From Flavobacteriales bacterium (lineage in GTDB: Bacteria; Bacteroidota; Bacteroidia; Flavobacteriales_E; Vicingaceae), in assembly GCA_016763795.1 (NCBI GenBank), contig JAESTF010000333.1, positions 1-42,826 on the forward strand: a stretch of DNA of 42,826 nucleotides, read 5' to 3'. A model generated the notes under the pieces. The model saw only the letters and a list, made by a program, of their open reading frames with translations, had not been told where the DNA came from and searched no databases. The position numbers and the translations under genes were made by a program. Below are positions 37,983-42,826 of the stretch, in pieces (positions within the stretch are counted from its first letter, which is position 1; each line of letters opens with the position of its first letter).

Positions 37983-38615
37983 TTAATGTGAAGTCAAATA
38001 TTCAGCAACACCATCAGAAGTAGCAGTCATTCCGTCATCACCTTTGCTCCATCCTGCAGGACAAACTTCTCCGTTTGCTTCAAAAAATTGTAATGCATCC
38101 ACCATTATTAATGTTTCATGAATGCTTCTACCTAATGGTAAATCATTTACTACACAGTGTCTAATTACTCCTTCTTTATCAATTAAAAAAGTACCCCTGT
38201 AAGCAACTGGTGCTCCAACAAAAGTAGCTTCTCCTTCTTCTGTAAAATCATACTCACCTGCTAAAACACCAAAGTTTTCAGCAATTGTTTTAGATAAATC
38301 TGCTACTAAAGGATATTTAACACCTTTAATTCCACCATCATTTTTGTCGGTATTTAACCAAGCCCAATGAGAGAATTTAGAATCTACTGAACAACCAACA
38401 ACAGCAACATTTCTTTTTTCAAACTCTTCTAATTTAGCTTGAAATGCTAATAATTCTGTTGGGCATACGAATGTAAAATCCAATGGGTAAAAGAAGAAAA
38501 TAACTTCTTTTTTTCCGATATACTGTTCTAATGAGAAATTTTCAACAAACTCTCCTCCATTAATTACTGCATCAGTACTAAATACTGGTGCTTTTTTTCC
38601 AATTAAACTTTCCAT
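37983..38615 (-). CDS. ahpC: 2-Cys peroxiredoxin AhpC/Prx1
   Basis: FYPLDFTFVCPTE and GEVCPAGW. Confidence 0.95.
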   Translation of the reverse strand: MESLIGKKAPVFSTDAVINGGEFVENFSLEQYIGKKEVIFFFYPLDFTFVCPTELLAFQAKLEEFEKRNVAVVGCSVDSKFSHWAWLNTDKNDGGIKGVKYPLVADLSKTIAENFGVLAGEYDFTEEGEATFVGAPVAYRGTFLIDKEGVIRHCVVNDLPLGRSIHETLIMVDALQFFEANGEVCPAGWSKGDDGMTATSDGVAEYLTSH

Positions 38616-38624
38616 TTTCTATTA

Positions 38625-39032
38625 TTAATTTTTAGTTATTAAACATTTATTACATTTTCCTTTAAGGTAGATATTTGTTTTTTCGACTTTAAAGGCATTC
38701 ATTTTTTTAAATTTTAAATCTGACATGTCAATTTCAATATCATATACATTGCCACAAGCATCACATTTAAAGTGTGCATGTTCTTCCATAATGGCATCAT
38801 ACCTTACTTCATTATCTTCAATAGTTACTGTTGAGGTAATTCCATTATCAATAAATAATTTTAATGTATTGTAAACAGTTGTTTTTGATAATGTAGGGAT
38901 GTCACTAACTAAATCAGAATAGATAGTGTCAACAGTAGGGTGTTCTCTGTTGTCATATAAATATTCAAATATCTTTATTCGCTGTAAAGATGGTTTGATA
39001 TTATTTGTTGATAAATGATTTACAAAATCCAT
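38625..39032 (-). CDS. perR: Fur family peroxide-stress regulator PerR-like
   Basis: HPTVD.IY, SKTTVYNTL, RYD....HAHFKC..C...DI and C-terminal C..C; first gene of the ahpC-sodA cluster. Confidence 0.85.
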   Translation of the reverse strand: MDFVNHLSTNNIKPSLQRIKIFEYLYDNREHPTVDTIYSDLVSDIPTLSKTTVYNTLKLFIDNGITSTVTIEDNEVRYDAIMEEHAHFKCDACGNVYDIEIDMSDLKFKKMNAFKVEKTNIYLKGKCNKCLITKN

Positions 39033-39035
39033 TAA

Positions 39036-39072
39036 TTGTAATTATTATAAAATTGTAATGATTACAAAATTA
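39036..39072 (-). promoter_or_regulatory. Two tandem Per boxes overlapping the -7 promoter element of perR
   Basis: TTGTAAT-T-ATTATAA (39036-39050) and the perfect 7-1-7 palindrome TTGTAAT-G-ATTACAA (39053-39067); TAATTTTG on the - strand at 39072-39065. Confidence 0.75.
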
Positions 39073-39233
39073 TGTTTATTTTTAGAATGATACGTTTCTT
39101 TTAAATTTATTTTCCTTAAAACTTATCAACTAACAATTCACAAGATATTGTTAAAAAATACTTGGTAAGTTGCAAAAGCATTATGCCGAATAAGCCTTAT
39201 TTTTAGGTTACTTTGTAATCAAACTTATAAACT

Positions 39234-40043
39234 ATGGGAAAGATAATTGCAATATCAAATCAAAAAGGTGGAGTAGGTAAAACAACTACTGCTATTAATT
39301 TAGCTGCGGGATTAGGAGTGTTGGAATATAAAGTGTTGTTAGTGGATGCAGATCCTCAAGCAAACTCTACTTCTGGTGTTGGATTTGACCCAAGGAATAT
39401 TCGTAATAGTATTTATGAATGTATTATTAATGAGATTGAGCCTAGAGAGGCAATTTTACATACAAAATCTCCTAATTTGGATATTTTACCGGCTCATATT
39501 GATTTAGTTGGAGCAGAAATTGAATTAATCAATTTGCCCAACAGGGAGCATATGATGCGTTTATCGTTAGCAAAAATTAAAGATGATTATGACTTTATTA
39601 TCATTGATTGTTCTCCATCTTTAGGGCTAATCACTATTAATTCATTAACAGCTGCTGATTCAGTTATTATTCCTGTTCAATGTGAGTTTTTTGCATTAGA
39701 AGGTTTAGGTAAATTACTAAATACAATAAAAATTGTTCAAGCAAGGTTAAATCCAGAGTTGGATATTGAAGGGTTATTATTGACAATGTTTGATGTTCGA
39801 TTAAGATTATCTAACCAAGTTGTAGAAGAGGTTAAAATGCATTTTCAGATGATGATGTTTGATACTATTATTCAACGTAATACGAGATTGGCAGAAGCGC
39901 CAAGCCATGGTAGTACAATTATTATGCATGATGCAAGCTGTAAAGGAGCTGTTAATTATTTAAATTTAGCGCGAGAAATTCTTCAAAAGAATGGAATGAC
40001 TAAAATGAGTGAAGAGGAAAAAACAATTGCAATAAATGAGTAA
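39234..40043 (+). CDS. parA: Chromosome partitioning ATPase ParA/Soj
   Basis: NQKGGVGKTTT, DADPQAN, IDCSPSLG and PVQCEFFALEG. Confidence 0.96.
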   Translation: MGKIIAISNQKGGVGKTTTAINLAAGLGVLEYKVLLVDADPQANSTSGVGFDPRNIRNSIYECIINEIEPREAILHTKSPNLDILPAHIDLVGAEIELINLPNREHMMRLSLAKIKDDYDFIIIDCSPSLGLITINSLTAADSVIIPVQCEFFALEGLGKLLNTIKIVQARLNPELDIEGLLLTMFDVRLRLSNQVVEEVKMHFQMMMFDTIIQRNTRLAEAPSHGSTIIMHDASCKGAVNYLNLAREILQKNGMTKMSEEEKTIAINE

Positions 40044-40932
40044 AAAACCTGCATTAGGAAGAGGATTAGGAGCATTACTTCAAAACTCTGAAACAGATAT
40101 TACTATTGGTTCTACTACCGAAAATGGAGGGAACGTTGTTGGTTCTGTTTCTGCTATTTTAATTACAGCTATAGAAGCTAATCCTTTTCAACCACGAACA
40201 CAATTTGAAAAAGATGCATTGGTAGAACTTGCTAATTCTATTAAAGAGTTGGGGATTATACAACCCGTTACAGTTCGTAAAATGGGCTATGGTAAATATC
40301 AATTAATTTCAGGAGAAAGAAGATTTAGAGCTTCGCAAATTGCTGGATTAACTGAGATTCCTGCGTTTATACGAATTGCAAATGACCAAGAGATGCTAGA
40401 AATGGCATTGGTAGAAAATATTCAGCGACAAGATTTAGATGCTATTGAAGTAGCTTTTAGCTATCAAAAGTTAATAGAAGAATGTAATCTTACACAAGAA
40501 AAAATGAGCGAACGAGTAGGGAAAAAACGATCTACTGTTGCTAATTACTTACGGTTATTGAAACTCCCAGCAGAAATTCAATTGGCAATAAGAACTCGTG
40601 AGATTAGCATGGGACATGCAAGAGCTCTAGTGAATATTGACAATGAAAAAAAGCAACTAACTATTTCGAGAAGAATAATAAAAGAAGGCTTATCTGTTCG
40701 TCAGATTGAAGATATTGTAAAGGAAAGAAGAACAGAAGAAAAATTATTAACGCTAAAAAAAGGTGGAGTTTCTGATTTATCCTTTAGCCAACAAAAAATT
40801 AAAGACGATTTAACAGGTTTTTTGAAAACAAATGTTCAATTGCAAAGTAATTCTAAAGGAAAAGGGAAATTAACGATTCCGTTTACTTCAGAAAAAGAAT
40901 TGGAACGTATTATAGAATTGTTAGGATTATAA
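40036..40932 (+). CDS. parB: Chromosome partitioning protein ParB/Spo0J
   Basis: LGRGL.ALL, NPFQPR, GERRFRA, ENIQRQDL and HTH region R.TVANYLRLL. Confidence 0.96.
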   Translation: MSKKPALGRGLGALLQNSETDITIGSTTENGGNVVGSVSAILITAIEANPFQPRTQFEKDALVELANSIKELGIIQPVTVRKMGYGKYQLISGERRFRASQIAGLTEIPAFIRIANDQEMLEMALVENIQRQDLDAIEVAFSYQKLIEECNLTQEKMSERVGKKRSTVANYLRLLKLPAEIQLAIRTREISMGHARALVNIDNEKKQLTISRRIIKEGLSVRQIEDIVKERRTEEKLLTLKKGGVSDLSFSQQKIKDDLTGFLKTNVQLQSNSKGKGKLTIPFTSEKELERIIELLGL

Positions 40933-40939
40933 TTTTATT

Positions 40940-41515
40940 GTGAAATCTATTCAGCTATTAATCATAACGCTTTTAATGATTAGTGTAACTTCATTAAAAA
41001 GTAGCGCACAATCGTCTACGTTAGACTCACTTTTTTCGGATACCCTAAACATTAAAGAGACAAAAAAACATTCGCCTAATAAGGCAACATTATTTAGTAC
41101 TGTTTTACCAGGTTTAGGACAGGCGTATAATAAAAAATATTGGAAAGTGCCAATTGTGTATGCAGCGATAGGCTTGCCATTATATTTCGCGATCTCAAAT
41201 CAAAGAAACTTTAATAAATTTAAAACTGCTTATGGTTTACGAATTGATGGAGATCCTAATACTATTGATGAATTTGAAGGGGTATTATCCGAAGCAGGGA
41301 TAAAATCTAACTTAGATTTTCATCAGCGGAACAAAGATTTGTCTTATATTTTAGTAGGATTATTTTATGTTTTTAATATTGTTGATGCTGCTGTTGATGC
41401 ACATTTATTTAATTTTCCTAAAAACGATAATTTATCATTTAATTTGCAGCCAAGTATAGAGTTGACAAGTAATAATAAATTAAGTAAAGGATTTAAGTTG
41501 GTTATTAATTTATGA
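40940..41515 (+). CDS. DUF5683 domain protein
   Basis: LPGLGQAYNKKYWKVPIVY and DAAVDAHL motifs; usual position after parB in Bacteroidota. Confidence 0.85.
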   Translation: MKSIQLLIITLLMISVTSLKSSAQSSTLDSLFSDTLNIKETKKHSPNKATLFSTVLPGLGQAYNKKYWKVPIVYAAIGLPLYFAISNQRNFNKFKTAYGLRIDGDPNTIDEFEGVLSEAGIKSNLDFHQRNKDLSYILVGLFYVFNIVDAAVDAHLFNFPKNDNLSFNLQPSIELTSNNKLSKGFKLVINL

Positions 41516-41601
41516 TTTTAACCTTCTATCATTAAGAGAAACCATTAATGTAAAAAGAAACCATATTAATAATAATGGAAGTTACTTTGAGTTTTTAAGT
41601 T

Positions 41602-42318
41602 ATGAATATTGCAATAATAGGATACGGAAAAATGGGTAGAGAAATTGAACGATCTGCTCTAGAAAGAGGTCATAATGTTTCTTTGAAAATTTCTTCAAAA
41701 AATACACATGAATTTACGTTTAATAATTTAAAGAATATTGATGTAGCTATAGAGTTTACGAGCCCTGAATTAGCAGTAAATAATATTAATATTTGCATTG
41801 AATCTAACACACCAGTTGTTGTTGGAACAACTGGGTGGTATGATAAATTTAATGAAATAAGCACAAGAGTTTCGGAAAATAATGGAACATTATTGTATGC
41901 AACTAACTGTAGTATTGGAGTTAACTTGTTTTTTAAATTAAACAAACAGTTAGCTCAACTTATGAATAAACATAAAGAATATGATATTAAAATGGAAGAA
42001 ACGCATCATGTTCAAAAACTAGATGCTCCAAGCGGAACAGCAATTACTTTGGCAGAAGGTATTTTAAGTAATAATGAGGAAAAAGATTTATGGGTTAAAG
42101 GAGGCTCTAAAGCTCAGAATCAATTATCGGTGGTATCGCATAGAATTGAAAATGTGCCAGGAACACATCAAGTAAATTATACCTCAGCAATAGATGATAT
42201 AGAGATAAAACATACAGCACATAACCGTAAAGGCTTTGCAATAGGAGCAGTTATTGCTGCAGAATACATTGCAGATAAAAAAGGTATTTTTACGATGGAA
42301 GATGTGTTGTTTGATTAA
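41602..42318 (+). CDS. dapB: 4-hydroxy-tetrahydrodipicolinate reductase
   Basis: IIGYGKMG, VVGTTG, ETHH..KLDAPSGTA and H.AHNR.GFA.GA. Confidence 0.96.
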   Translation: MNIAIIGYGKMGREIERSALERGHNVSLKISSKNTHEFTFNNLKNIDVAIEFTSPELAVNNINICIESNTPVVVGTTGWYDKFNEISTRVSENNGTLLYATNCSIGVNLFFKLNKQLAQLMNKHKEYDIKMEETHHVQKLDAPSGTAITLAEGILSNNEEKDLWVKGGSKAQNQLSVVSHRIENVPGTHQVNYTSAIDDIEIKHTAHNRKGFAIGAVIAAEYIADKKGIFTMEDVLFD

Positions 42319-42334
42319 ATAATTAGGTGTCGCA

Positions 42335-42403
42335 CTGAGTTTATCGAAGTGTAAGTCTATCAAAAAATAAAAATTACTTTGCCTTGTCCTTCGACAAGCT
42401 CAG
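42335..42403. repeat. REP-like inverted repeat element
   Basis: CTGAGTTTATCGAAG (42335-42349) and CTTCGACAAGCTCAG (42389-42403), 13/15 complementary. Confidence 0.6.
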
Positions 42404-42429
42404 AATAACAAAGAAAAAAACAAAAAACA

Positions 42430-42826
42430 ATGGAAATAAGTATTAGTGGATTTATAATTTTATCAATCATCTATTTTGTAGCAGCTCATATTGGTCTGTA
42501 TAAAATATTTGAAAAAATGGGAGAAGATGGCTGGAAAGCTTTAGTACCTTTTTACGGAACTTATTTGGCTGTAAAAATGGTTAAAAAATCATGGGCTTGG
42601 ACCATTGTCTATTATGTTCCTTTTTTAGGTTTTGTAGTTTGGATGGGATTGATCGTGGAACTGATGAAGTTATTAGGTAAAACTGATTTTAAAGATCACG
42701 CCTTAGGAGTTGTCTTCGCAGGGGTTTATTTGCCATATATTGGATTTAAAGAAGATGTTAAATTTATTGGCTATGAAGAGGCTGCTAAGTATAAAAAATC
42801 GTTTAAACGAGAATGGGCAGATGCAA
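42430..42826 (+). CDS. lepB: Signal peptidase I, N-terminal membrane (DUF5684-like) part, truncated by the window end
   Basis: Open frame MEISISGFII...GLYKIFEKMGEDGWKALVPFY...REWADA; conserved dapB-lepB order in Bacteroidota. The catalytic region lies outside the window. Confidence 0.75.
   Translation, partial: MEISISGFIILSIIYFVAAHIGLYKIFEKMGEDGWKALVPFYGTYLAVKMVKKSWAWTIVYYVPFLGFVVWMGLIVELMKLLGKTDFKDHALGVVFAGVYLPYIGFKEDVKFIGYEEAAKYKKSFKREWADA

Noticed and set aside
39073..39233. Replication origin / DnaA boxes upstream of parA
   Set aside because: Only weak multi-mismatch matches to TTATCCACA in a short intergenic region.

Overview
AT-rich (roughly 30% GC, estimated by eye) chromosome segment from a Bacteroidota organism, probably Flavobacteriales. 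This is supported by T9SS C-terminal domains, TAnnTTTG promoter elements and the parA-parB-DUF5683-dapB-lepB gene order. Most of the window is housekeeping and envelope genes: SpoIID, non-specific endonuclease, comEC, PIG-L/sodium:solute symporter, M4 protease, lpxB, surE, usp, fhs, rlmI, perR-ahpC-sodA and parAB. The main finding is an ~8.7 kb accessory block (about 6144-14831) bracketed by the 3' end of comEC and a decayed, synonymously diverged second copy of that 3' end. The block carries an apparently foreign enzyme cluster: a BioB-like radical SAM protein that lacks all four auxiliary [2Fe-2S] ligands, a flavin monooxygenase, an amidase, a PLP aminotransferase and a fumarylacetoacetate hydrolase. 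I cannot match this combination to a named pathway. Other points: a frameshifted Omp85-type gene, a SurE with its metal-ligand Asn replaced, tandem Per boxes over the perR promoter, and a very compact bidirectional promoter between surE and usp. No rRNA, tRNA, CRISPR array, integrase or transposase was recognised. All calls come from motif reading by eye; no database search was run.
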